Part shown: positions 8,647 to 17,618 of the stretch, one piece after another
Position numbering within the stretch: the stretch's first letter is position 1
How the letters are laid out: the number at the start of each line of letters is the position of its first letter
NCBI GenBank assembly: GCA_043101845.1
Contig: JBICHN010000011.1
Location: 913,678 to 977,677, forward strand
Direction of reading: 5' to 3'
Length of the DNA stretch: 64,000 bases
Origin: Phycisphaerales bacterium
GTDB taxonomy: Bacteria > Planctomycetota > Phycisphaerae > Phycisphaerales > UBA5793
The notes under the pieces: model-generated
Database searches by the model: none
The model's input: only the letters and a program-made list of their open reading frames with translations
What the model was told of the DNA's origin: nothing
Made by a program: the position numbers and the translations under genes

Positions 8647-9541
8647 GGCGCTCTCCATGCGGCGCGCCCTGAACGATCCATCGCCTCGGGGCCCCGGTCG
8701 ACAGAGGAATTCCTCGGCTCCGCCGCAACTCCACCGTCCATCCGGGAGCGCGGGGCGCCTCGATTGACGCCGATGACCAGTCGGCCGGCGACGCGGGGCG
8801 CACGACCCATCGTGTCGTTGCGGTCGAGATCTCGCGTGACTCCGTAGGCGGGCGCGCGAGCAGACCCAGCGATCGTCCCGCCTCCGCAGCGAGTTGCAGT
8901 CGACGCGTCGCGGCCGCGTCAAGACCCGAGCCGTCCGCGATGACCCCGCGCACCGCAGGGCAGCGCAACGCGAGATCAATCGCCCACACCCGGCTCGCTT
9001 CATCGGGCGGTTCAAGAAAGATCGAGCGACGGAGCAGTTCGCTCTCCGGAGAAACGGGAGACGCTTCATCGCGCGTTCGGGCGAGGGGCCAGACCGATGG
9101 ACGGACGCGAGCGCCGATCCACACGATCCAGCCATCCGTCGCGTCCATATCGTTCTCGATCGATTCGCCCGCTCGGATGGCGCCGGGCTCGAGAAGCCGC
9201 CAGGCGAAGTGCGTCAGAATCGCCAGAGGCGGGAACCAGCGGCGCTCGCGCGAGCGAAAGCGACCGGAGCTTTTCCGCGTGTCCGTTTCGTCCGAGAACT
9301 CGTCGGGAAGAACGCCGAACCAGTCGGCGATCCATTCATGAATCGCGCCAAGCGCGAGCCCCGCCGCAGCGGAGACGCCGCCCCCAAGCGTGGCGTCCAC
9401 GCTGGGCCATCCGGTAGACAGCGCCGGCGCCGGAGCGTCTCGGGATTCCGAACTTCGACGACCGCGCTCCTCGACTTCACGAATGAGTCCGGTGAGCTGG
9501 TCGAGAGTCGCGCGGCGGGGCTGAAAGGTGTTGGTTCCCAT
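8546..9541 (-). CDS. imuA: ImuA, RecA/SulA-like protein
   Basis: LSTGWPSVDATLGGG...GLALGAIHEW, LALRCPAVRGVIAD, RRLQLAAEAG; ATG 9541 follows SD-like GAAGGA; first gene of the cassette. Confidence 0.8.
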   Translation of the reverse strand: MGTNTFQPRRATLDQLTGLIREVEERGRRSSESRDAPAPALSTGWPSVDATLGGGVSAAAGLALGAIHEWIADWFGVLPDEFSDETDTRKSSGRFRSRERRWFPPLAILTHFAWRLLEPGAIRAGESIENDMDATDGWIVWIGARVRPSVWPLARTRDEASPVSPESELLRRSIFLEPPDEASRVWAIDLALRCPAVRGVIADGSGLDAAATRRLQLAAEAGRSLGLLARPPTESREISTATTRWVVRPASPADWSSASIEAPRAPGWTVELRRSRGIPLSTGAPRRWIVQGAPHGERHGVSTTNLVAVPAHLVDRSRAATPEANARRRFA

Positions 9542-9572
9542 CGATCCTTCTTCTTCCTGCGCCACGATAGCA

Positions 9573-9598
9573 TTTTGTTCGGTTTATACCAAACAAAA
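9573..9598. promoter_or_regulatory. Palindromic operator upstream of imuA (candidate SOS/LexA-type box)
   Basis: TTTTGTTCGGT-TTAT-ACCAAACAAAA: 11-bp arms, one mismatch, AT-rich island about 30 nt upstream of the imuA start. Confidence 0.6.
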
Positions 9599-9666
9599 AC
9601 CTATCATCTGGAGAAGATGGCAAGAGTGGAGCGCTCGGCGCCGGCGTTTCGGCGCACCAGCCGCGT

Positions 9667-11724
9667 TCAGCGTTTCATTTTGCGGGTCGGCGAGTCCGTG
9701 AGACCCGGGATCTCTTCCGCGCCTTCGACCACCATCGCGGGGGACTGCTCAAAGGCGTCTCCAAGGGGCTCGAATCGTCCCCCGAGATGCCGGGCGAGAA
9801 ACGCCTCTGTGACTCCGAAGAAGGAGAGCCGGTTCTCCGGACGCGCGAAGCCGTGACCTTCGTCGGGATAGAGCACATAGGTCACTGGCACCTCGCGAGC
9901 CTGCAACGCCTTGACGATCTGGTCCGACTCCGAACGCTTCACCCGCGGATCGTTCGCGCCCTGGCCGATGAGAAGCGGCTTCGTTATGCGGTCGACGAAG
10001 TTCAGCGGCGATCGCGATTGCAGAAAGGCCCGGCCGTCTTCCGTGCGGGGATCACCGACGCGCTTCGCCCAGACCTCGAGCGTGGGCTTCCAGTAAGGAG
10101 GGATCGTGTCGAGCAGCGTCACGAGATTCGAAGGCCCGACGATGTCCACCGCGCACGCGAAAGTGTCCGGGGTGAAGGTCAGTCCGACAAGCGCCGCGTA
10201 CCCGCCGTAGCTGCCTCCCATGATGGCGATCCGCTCGGGGTCGGCGATGCGCTCTTCGATCGCCCAGTTGACGGTGTCGATGAGATCGTCGTGCATCTTC
10301 CCCGCCCACTCCCGGTCACCGGCGTTGACGAACTCTTTCCCGAAGCCGGTGGATCCACGAAAGTTGACACTGACCACGGCGTAGCCGCGATTCGCGAGCC
10401 ACTGATGCACGGGGTTGTATCCCCATGAGTCGCGCGCCCAGGGGCCGCCGTGCACGAGCAGAACGGTGGGGAGAGGGGCGAAGGGTCGTCGCTCTCGCCC
10501 GCGACAGTGATTCCGGGGAATCGTCCAGTAGACGACGAGAGGAAGACCATCGCGCGCTTCGATCACCGCGGTGCGCATGCGCGCAAGCGGTGTGTCCTCG
10601 AGCGCGGCGCGACTCGTGAAGAGAAGCCGCGCGTTCTGATCGTCGCGATCGTACAGGTAATACCGAACGGGACCGTCATCGCGGAGATACGACACGATCC
10701 AGCGACGGCCGTCGAGCGAACGGGAGCGCAGGTCGAGTTCGCCCTCATCGATCGAGTCGAGATACTCAAAGTCGGCGGTCCAGGATGGATCGATGATCGT
10801 CCATTCACTCCGCGTGTAGTCGGCCTGCGCCGCGATCGGGCTTCCGGTGAGCGGATCGCGGACCACTTCGCGGATGTCAGCTCGAGCGTTTTCCGCGAGG
10901 AGCGACACTTCATTCGTCGCAAGATCGATCGAAGTCAGCGCCGCGGTGTTTCGATCGCGACTGTCGAGCAGAAAGACCCGGCCGCCGGACCGATCGAAGC
11001 CGATGAGCCGTGTGGTGAGCGTGTCCTCCATGGGGATGATCGACCACGGCATCCAGTCGTCGCCGCTCGGCTGAACGAGTTCAATCGACCCGTCCGGTCG
11101 CATCCGCTTCGCAAAGCGGAGTCGGAACGCGTCATCCGTTTCGAAGCCGTAGAACCGATCGTTCTCGAGAACGAGCGTGCGCTCGCCCGACTCGATATCG
11201 ACGCGATAGAGATCGTGGTACTGCGGGTCACGATCGTTGAGCAGCACGAGGGCGCTGCGTGGATGGTCTGGACTCAGTTCCTGCAGGCGGGCGCTCGTCG
11301 CCTCCTCGGGGGTGAGGCGCCGCGATTCGCCCGTCTGCAGGTCGACGCGGAAGAGCCGCCAGTTTTCGTCCCCCTCCTGATCCTGGAAATAGAGAAGGTC
11401 GCGACTCGTGTACGCCCAGAAACTGACCCGAACCCCTCGGCCACGCTCCCTTGTGATCGCGCGAGCCTCATCGAGATCGTCCGCCGGCGCGACCCAGATG
11501 TTCAAGGCGCCGTCGTAGGGAGCGATCCAGCTCAGATACTCGCCATTCGGGCTGATCTGGGGCCGAACCCGGTCGGGATTGCCGAACAGGATTGATCGTG
11601 CGATGAGCGGCGGCTCGTCTCGACGCGACGGCCGCGAGGCATGGGGAGGGCCCGCGGCGACACTCGCAATGAGCGACAAAAGCGCCGCCGTTGTGGCGGT
11701 GAGTTGAATCAGCCGTCTTCGCAA
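9667..11724 (-). CDS. Secreted S9-family peptidase (prolyl oligopeptidase/dipeptidyl aminopeptidase-like)
   Basis: Signal peptide, propeller region, HGGPW, nucleophile GGSYGG, NDPRV, DEGHGF. Confidence 0.9.
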   Translation of the reverse strand: MRRRLIQLTATTAALLSLIASVAAGPPHASRPSRRDEPPLIARSILFGNPDRVRPQISPNGEYLSWIAPYDGALNIWVAPADDLDEARAITRERGRGVRVSFWAYTSRDLLYFQDQEGDENWRLFRVDLQTGESRRLTPEEATSARLQELSPDHPRSALVLLNDRDPQYHDLYRVDIESGERTLVLENDRFYGFETDDAFRLRFAKRMRPDGSIELVQPSGDDWMPWSIIPMEDTLTTRLIGFDRSGGRVFLLDSRDRNTAALTSIDLATNEVSLLAENARADIREVVRDPLTGSPIAAQADYTRSEWTIIDPSWTADFEYLDSIDEGELDLRSRSLDGRRWIVSYLRDDGPVRYYLYDRDDQNARLLFTSRAALEDTPLARMRTAVIEARDGLPLVVYWTIPRNHCRGRERRPFAPLPTVLLVHGGPWARDSWGYNPVHQWLANRGYAVVSVNFRGSTGFGKEFVNAGDREWAGKMHDDLIDTVNWAIEERIADPERIAIMGGSYGGYAALVGLTFTPDTFACAVDIVGPSNLVTLLDTIPPYWKPTLEVWAKRVGDPRTEDGRAFLQSRSPLNFVDRITKPLLIGQGANDPRVKRSESDQIVKALQAREVPVTYVLYPDEGHGFARPENRLSFFGVTEAFLARHLGGRFEPLGDAFEQSPAMVVEGAEEIPGLTDSPTRKMKR

Positions 11725-11831
11725 TGCGTCAGACCCTCGTGCGTGTCCATCAGAAAGGTCGAGTCGTCAAATCGTACCGGTGAATCATCACTTCGATGCA
11801 ACGGGACCACGAGTAGTGAGGGATCGGCGCG

Positions 11832-12566
11832 TCATTCGAAGAGACCCGTGCGAACTCGTTCGACGAGACTCGCATCGTCGTTCTGCGGCCGATTCACGCG
11901 AGTGCTCACCGGCCGCCGGTCCATGAGCTCCGAGGGATACGGGCGGAGGAGGTCATCGATCGAGTTCGAATCCTCCGACGAGTCGGTGTCGAGCCAGCGT
12001 TCGTAATGGTCCCGGTCGATGATCACCGGCATACGGTCATGGACATCGCGACAGAGTTCGTTCGCCTCGGTCGTCAGGATGGTGAACGAGTCAATCTCAG
12101 AGCCACTTCCCTTCGGATCCTGCCAGTGCTCCCAGAGGCCGGCCAGCGCAAACGGCGCTTCGTCAGCCATGTGGATGAAGACTGGCTGCTTCGGAGATTT
12201 CGTCGTGAGGCCCGCCGCGCGGGCTTCAGTGGCGCTCAGCTTCTTCCATTCATAGAAGCCGTCCGCCGGGACGAGACATCGACGCCGTTTGAACGCGTTC
12301 TTGTACGCCGGCTTGGTCGCGACTGTTTCCGAACGCGCGTTGATCATGCGATTGCCGATCGCCGGGTCCTTCGCCCAGAACGGGATGAGTCCCCAATGCA
12401 GCAGGTCGAGGCGTCGCTCGCGCGACTCTCGATCGAGACGAATCACGCCCGTCGGCTGCGTGGGCGCGATGTTGTAACGCGGAGTCAGAGCGCGAGGGAT
12501 CTCGGAGAGTTCGAAGATGTCCGCGAGAACTTCGGGCATCGTCATGAGCGCGAATCGGCCGCACAC
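11832..12566 (-). CDS. SOS response-associated peptidase (SRAP/YedK/HMCES family)
   Basis: N-terminal MCGRF (catalytic Cys2), RYNIAPTQ, WGLIPFW, INARSET, GFYEW, VHDRMPVI. Confidence 0.95.
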   Translation of the reverse strand: MCGRFALMTMPEVLADIFELSEIPRALTPRYNIAPTQPTGVIRLDRESRERRLDLLHWGLIPFWAKDPAIGNRMINARSETVATKPAYKNAFKRRRCLVPADGFYEWKKLSATEARAAGLTTKSPKQPVFIHMADEAPFALAGLWEHWQDPKGSGSEIDSFTILTTEANELCRDVHDRMPVIIDRDHYERWLDTDSSEDSNSIDDLLRPYPSELMDRRPVSTRVNRPQNDDASLVERVRTGLFE

Positions 12567-12569
12567 GGA

Positions 12570-13895
12570 TTAGTCGTCCTCTCGTTCCAGTTCGTTCAGG
12601 TCCAGTGTGTCCTGTTGCGCGGAGGATCGCAACAGGTCGGCCGGGAGGGCCATGGTCAATGCTCCCGCCGACGCGAGCGCGACGGCGGTAATGCCGAACG
12701 CGGTTCGCAAGCCAAACTCGTCCGCGAGGAACTGGGCGAGAATCGGCCCCAGCGACGAGAAGATCCAGGTTCCGCCGAGGACGATGCCGGACGCCAGGCT
12801 CGTTCGGTGTGGAAGCAACCGCTGGCTGAGCGCCAGCGTGAGCGGGACGGTCGACGCATATCCGATTCCTACCCCGATCGCGACGAGAAGCGCGACCCAG
12901 TCATTCGTGAACGGAAGCAGCCAGATGAGTGGCGCGCCGAACCAGGCGATGAGCACCATGGGCCATTTCTCACGACCGGCGCGCACGAAGCGTCCGGCGC
13001 CGAGCCCGCCGATGCCCATGCCGACGACGAGTGAGGCCTGCAGCAGCCCGTTGAGTTTGGATGCCGCGAGGTCGATCTCCGTTTCCGTGAGTCCGACCAC
13101 CATTCCGGCGCGTACGGTCGCCTCCGCCCAGCGCACGACGAGCATGAACATCATCATGTTCACGGTGAAGCGGATGACATTGCCGGCGAACAGAACTCCG
13201 ACGGCGAACCATCGCCTCCGGGATTCGGAGACGGAAAATCGGCTCGCATGGGAATGCGCATCGGTATGGCGATGCGGCGCTGAACCGATGGCGATCTGCA
13301 ACGCAAGCGCGACGCCGGCCGCGGGAAGAATCAACCCGGCGAGCGACTCGAGGCCACCGAGGGCGACGAGCTGCGGTCCCGCGATGTTGCCCACCCAGTG
13401 GCCCACCATTCCCATGACGAAGAAGATCGCGACGCCGAATGAGCGATTCGTCCGTGTGAACTGGCCCATCGTCGCAGCGCCGATCGGGTGGTAGGCGCCC
13501 ACTCCGGCCAGGGCGACGATTTGGAGCGCGAGCAACGCGGCGAACGAGTTGACAAAGGCGAAGCCTGCGATCGCGATCGACGCGACGAGAATGCCGAGCG
13601 AGGCGAAGATTCGAGTGTCGAGCCGATCGCTCAGCCAGGCGACGATTGGCTGAATGAGCCCGCTCGACATGCCGCCGGCCGTGATGAGGACGGCCCCTTG
13701 TGTCGTCGTGAGGCCACCGCGGCCCTCAATGACGGGCAGCAGCGCGATCGGAAGCACCGAGAAGAAGTCCGTGACGCCGTGAGACGCCGCGAGCGTCCAC
13801 ACGCGGCGCCGCGGCGTCGGACGCCGTTTCGCGTTCATCGTCGCCGGGGCGGCGGACGCCGAATCGCGCGGCGGAGGAGTGACGATGGTGGACAT
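12570..13895 (-). CDS. MFS transporter (Fsr-like)
   Basis: About 12 hydrophobic segments; HGVTDFF, QPIVAWLSDR, GAYHP; start placement uncertain. Confidence 0.85.
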   Translation of the reverse strand: MSTIVTPPPRDSASAAPATMNAKRRPTPRRRVWTLAASHGVTDFFSVLPIALLPVIEGRGGLTTTQGAVLITAGGMSSGLIQPIVAWLSDRLDTRIFASLGILVASIAIAGFAFVNSFAALLALQIVALAGVGAYHPIGAATMGQFTRTNRSFGVAIFFVMGMVGHWVGNIAGPQLVALGGLESLAGLILPAAGVALALQIAIGSAPHRHTDAHSHASRFSVSESRRRWFAVGVLFAGNVIRFTVNMMMFMLVVRWAEATVRAGMVVGLTETEIDLAASKLNGLLQASLVVGMGIGGLGAGRFVRAGREKWPMVLIAWFGAPLIWLLPFTNDWVALLVAIGVGIGYASTVPLTLALSQRLLPHRTSLASGIVLGGTWIFSSLGPILAQFLADEFGLRTAFGITAVALASAGALTMALPADLLRSSAQQDTLDLNELEREDD

Positions 13896-13943
13896 GAGTG
13901 CGTTCTTCCACGCCACCACGCGGACGCGGCGGATCCCCGGACG

Positions 13944-15137
13944 TTAGACCGCGACGCCGACGGCCCGGCCGCGCACGCTGTCGAGCACATTCATGAAGTT
14001 GATATACGAGTCGTACGGACTCTCGTACGGATTGAAGTACTTGTGCACATCGCCGTCCGCGAAGTATTTCGTGCACATGTAGTAGAAATGGTCGCTCGTC
14101 GTGAGCTTGCGCCAGTCTTCAATGAGACCTTCATCACCGGTCTCCTTCACGACGCCTTCGAGCCGGTAGATCTCGTGCAGCGCGTTCGTCTGCATGGCGT
14201 TGCCCAGCCATGCGGAGAGGTCACGCTCCGTGTCGGCCCACGAGATCATGTACGGCACATCGTACTCGCCATCCGGCTGGTACTTCTGCACGACCTGCGA
14301 CGGCGTCAGGAACTCATTCTGACCCGGGTTCACATCGAAGATCTTCTCGGGCAACGCGTCGAGGAAGTCGAAGATCCCGGTTTCCGCCCACTGATGCTCG
14401 CCGAAGGTCTCGTAGTCCATGAAGAGATTACATACATATCCGTTGCCGTTGATCTGATTGACCCACTGAGCGAATCGTTCGGCGCTCAGCGGCCATTCCT
14501 TCCAGCCGCGGTCGGAGAATCGGAACGCGATGTCATCACTCAGCGAGTAATTCTTCAAGAGGAGCCGCGTCGTGTCATTCGTCGGCGACCGGTAGAGGAA
14601 GTTCGGCGAACGGTACTGCAGGAGCCGATCCACCCCTTCGCACAGGACCGCGTTGTACTGTCCGAGCGTTGAGATGAAGTACGCGAGATCGTTGTTGAAG
14701 ATGAGTTCGGTGTTCCGGAAGGTGGTCGGCTTGAACCCGAACAATTCCTCCATCAATCGTCCGTGCATCGCGACTTGTTCGCGGAATTCGTCACGGCTGT
14801 AGAGGAAGCTCAACGAGTGGTAGTAGGTCTCGGCGATGAACTCGACGGCCCCGGTCTCCGCGAGTTGCCGGAAGAGATCAATAACATCCGGCGCCCATTG
14901 ACGGAACTGGTCGAGTGCGACGCCAGTAATCGAATACGCGACGCGGAAGCGGCCCTCGTGGCGACGCACGAGATCGAGAATCTTCGTCGTGGTCGGTCGG
15001 TAGCACTTGTCCGCGACCTTCCGCATGATCTCGGCGTTCTTCTGGTCATCGAAATAGTCGTGACTCGTGTCGAAGACGCTGTACCGGCGCAGTCGAAACG
15101 GCTGATGGACTTGGAAATAGAAACAGACGGAGGCCAT
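13944..15137 (-). CDS. Glycoside hydrolase family 57 (alpha-amylase-like)
   Basis: FQVHQP, ETYYHSL, FRNTEL, MDYETFGEHQW, SWAD, TSDHFYYM. Confidence 0.9.
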   Translation of the reverse strand: MASVCFYFQVHQPFRLRRYSVFDTSHDYFDDQKNAEIMRKVADKCYRPTTTKILDLVRRHEGRFRVAYSITGVALDQFRQWAPDVIDLFRQLAETGAVEFIAETYYHSLSFLYSRDEFREQVAMHGRLMEELFGFKPTTFRNTELIFNNDLAYFISTLGQYNAVLCEGVDRLLQYRSPNFLYRSPTNDTTRLLLKNYSLSDDIAFRFSDRGWKEWPLSAERFAQWVNQINGNGYVCNLFMDYETFGEHQWAETGIFDFLDALPEKIFDVNPGQNEFLTPSQVVQKYQPDGEYDVPYMISWADTERDLSAWLGNAMQTNALHEIYRLEGVVKETGDEGLIEDWRKLTTSDHFYYMCTKYFADGDVHKYFNPYESPYDSYINFMNVLDSVRGRAVGVAV

Positions 15138-15251
15138 GCGCGGCTCCCTTCCCCCTCATCGTCGGTGTCGTCACACCATAGTCTACCAGATCGTCCCGTC
15201 GCTCCGCCGTGTCGGGAGCGGGACGCGATCGGCGAAACGGCGTGAGCGCGC

Positions 15252-15257
15252 TATCGT
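15252..15257 (+). promoter_or_regulatory. -10 element, likely leaderless pyrE promoter
   Basis: TATCGT then 6 nt then ATG 15264; no SD. Confidence 0.5.
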
Positions 15258-15263
15258 GGCGCC

Positions 15264-15791
15264 ATGACACGAGACGAAATCGCCCGCCAGATCGCCGAGG
15301 TCGCCCTCCTTCGCGGAAACTTCACGCTTCGATCCGGACGAACGAGCCGGTATTACCTCGATAAGTACCTCTTCTCGACGCGTCCGGAGATTCTCGAGCC
15401 GATTGGGCGTCTGTTCGCGGAGCGGATCGATACGAATGCGGTCGATCGGCTCGCCGGCGCCGAACTCGGGGGCATCCCGCTTGTCACCGCGGCGTCGCTG
15501 GCCACCGGGCTGCCGAGCGTGTTCATCCGAAATCAGAAGAAGGGTTACGGCACGGCGAAGCGGCTCGAAGGCGCCCTTGGTCAGAACGACCGGGTGGTCA
15601 TCCTCGAGGATGTGGCGACCTCGGGAGGCCAGGCGCTCGAGGCCGCGCAGGTCATTACCGAGACGGGCGCCCGGGTCGTAAAGATCATCGCGACCATCGA
15701 TCGGGAAGAGGGCGCCCGCGAGAACATCGAGCAGGCCGGATTCTCGTTTGAGGCCCTGTTTACGAAATCGGACCTCGGCGTCGACGAGTGA
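15264..15791 (+). CDS. pyrE: Orotate phosphoribosyltransferase
   Basis: FTLRSGRTSRYYLDK and PRPP-binding VVILEDVATSGG. Confidence 0.92.
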   Translation: MTRDEIARQIAEVALLRGNFTLRSGRTSRYYLDKYLFSTRPEILEPIGRLFAERIDTNAVDRLAGAELGGIPLVTAASLATGLPSVFIRNQKKGYGTAKRLEGALGQNDRVVILEDVATSGGQALEAAQVITETGARVVKIIATIDREEGARENIEQAGFSFEALFTKSDLGVDE

Positions 15792-15797
15792 ACTCGG

Positions 15798-16562
15798 TTA
15801 TTCCCAGCTGGCGCCGCACTCTGGACATCGGCCCGGACGATTGGCGGTCGGTCCCTTGTCGTAGCCACAGTTCGGACAGTGATTCCGGTAGAAGGGTCGC
15901 CGACGCCGCCAGAGGATGGTCACAAGCGCGAGGGGGCCCATGACCCAGAGCACGATCGAGCCCGTGACCCAGAGCATGAGGAAGGTTCCGGTCTCGCAAT
16001 AGCAGTCGGCCCGTCGCCGCACAATGAGATCGAAGGGCAACGCGAGGGTCATCTCGACGACCGATCCCGCAAACAGCATCCCGATCCATCGTGCGAGAAG
16101 TGACTCGCGCGATTCACCCCGCATGCGGGCGGCAAGAAGGAACGACCAGAACACCCAACTCAGTGCGAGCGCCGCCACGACCGCGATGAAGACGCGCTCG
16201 ACGGTCGTCTCGTCGATCCAGTTGAACGCCTGAGCCACGCCGATCACGACGAGTGGGGGCCCGATCGTCAAGCAGGCGAGTCCCACGGCGAGAGCGAGAA
16301 TGCTCGTCCAGATTGGCCGACCGCCCGTCACCGCGCCCGGAGCGGCCCGCCGGATCGGCCACAGGAGCATGGCCGCGAACCCGAAGCCGATGAGCGTCGC
16401 CACTCCGCCGAATTGAAGGGACTCGATCTCGAAGAACTGCTCGAAACGGAGATCGCGGATCGAGCCTGGATCAAAGAGCACGGCGGCGAAAAGGAACGAC
16501 GCGAAGTACAAGTACATCGCGTAGACGACGAGGACCACCGCAACCATCCCGGTTCGACGCAC
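15798..16562 (-). CDS. Uncharacterised multi-pass membrane protein with C-terminal zinc ribbon
   Basis: About 6-7 TM segments, DCYCETG motif, C-terminal CPNCGYD...CPECG; TAGAAT lies 6 nt before the GTG start. Confidence 0.75.
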   Translation of the reverse strand: MRRTGMVAVVLVVYAMYLYFASFLFAAVLFDPGSIRDLRFEQFFEIESLQFGGVATLIGFGFAAMLLWPIRRAAPGAVTGGRPIWTSILALAVGLACLTIGPPLVVIGVAQAFNWIDETTVERVFIAVVAALALSWVFWSFLLAARMRGESRESLLARWIGMLFAGSVVEMTLALPFDLIVRRRADCYCETGTFLMLWVTGSIVLWVMGPLALVTILWRRRRPFYRNHCPNCGYDKGPTANRPGRCPECGASWE

Positions 16563-16607
16563 GCCGCCATTCTAACGACGGGGTCGACGCGGCGAGTCAG
16601 CGCCGGA

Positions 16608-17606
16608 TCAGATGTTCGAAAGGATCTCGGCGATCTCGCCCCGGACCACATCGATCGGTCTCGCGATCTTTGCTCCGGACGCCCGTACATGTCCGCCGCC
16701 CCCGAATCGCCGCGCGAGGGCATTGACATCGATCGCCTGCGGTCCGTCCTTCGATCGGAGGCTGAGTTTCGAAGTCGCGTTGTCCACCTCCGTGACGAGA
16801 CATACGACTTCGACCGACCCGATCGACTGGGGGATGTCGGAGAACCCGTGGGTGTCGTCGAATCCTGCGTCCGACTCGGTGAAGTCCGAACGGCGAAGCG
16901 TGAGGAGGGCCGCCCGCCCGCCACTGAGCATTTCCATCGACTCGAGAGCGCGGGCAAGGAGCTTCAATCGTCCGGGTTCATCGTTCTGTTCGATGAGGCG
17001 GTAGAGCCGGGAATGGTCGACTCCGGCGTCGCGGAGCGTGGCGGCGAGCCGAAGCGCTGAAGCGCTCGTGTTCGAGAATCGAAACCATCCGGTGTCGGTC
17101 GCGATACCAAGGTAGAGCGCTTCGGCGATCTCCGAATCGAGCGGACAGTCGAGTACCTCGATCAATGACGCGACGATTTCGGACGCGGCGGCGGCGTCGG
17201 TCCGGATGACGCGTAGGTCGGCGAGCTCCGGATCGCCCTGGATATGGTGATCGATGATGCAGACGCGATCGCGCCGATCCTCGAGCCAACGCTCAATGAG
17301 ACGGAGTTGTGACCGGGCGCCCGTGTCACTCACGATGACGAGGTCCGCGTCGTTGGGCGGCTGATTCTTCTCGGTGGCGATTCGAAACGGTGTCTCGCCC
17401 GCGGCGCTCTCAAAGACGGGGCCAACGGGGGGGAGGTACCAGATCTCGTTCTCGATCCCGAGAATCGTAAGGGCGCGGGAAAGGGCCAGCGTGGAACCGA
17501 TCGCATCGCCGTCCGGTTTGACATGCGTCGAAATCACGATCTTCTTCGCGCCGCGAATCCGCAGTGCGAGGTCGTCTACCGTGGCGTTGCCGACATACCC
17601 GCTCAT
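16608..17606 (-). CDS. nrnA: DHH/DHHA1 phosphoesterase (NrnA-like nano-RNase/pAp phosphatase)
   Basis: HVKPDGDAIGS, IDHH, TDTGWF, GGGHVRASG; directly downstream of ribF. Confidence 0.88.
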   Translation of the reverse strand: MSGYVGNATVDDLALRIRGAKKIVISTHVKPDGDAIGSTLALSRALTILGIENEIWYLPPVGPVFESAAGETPFRIATEKNQPPNDADLVIVSDTGARSQLRLIERWLEDRRDRVCIIDHHIQGDPELADLRVIRTDAAAASEIVASLIEVLDCPLDSEIAEALYLGIATDTGWFRFSNTSASALRLAATLRDAGVDHSRLYRLIEQNDEPGRLKLLARALESMEMLSGGRAALLTLRRSDFTESDAGFDDTHGFSDIPQSIGSVEVVCLVTEVDNATSKLSLRSKDGPQAIDVNALARRFGGGGHVRASGAKIARPIDVVRGEIAEILSNI

Positions 17607-17618
17607 CCAACCCTTCTC

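Noticed and set aside
8647-9135. 163-aa N-terminal extension of ImuB in the ORF track
   Set aside because: It lies inside imuA in another frame and is Arg-rich noise; the family N-terminus begins at 8646.
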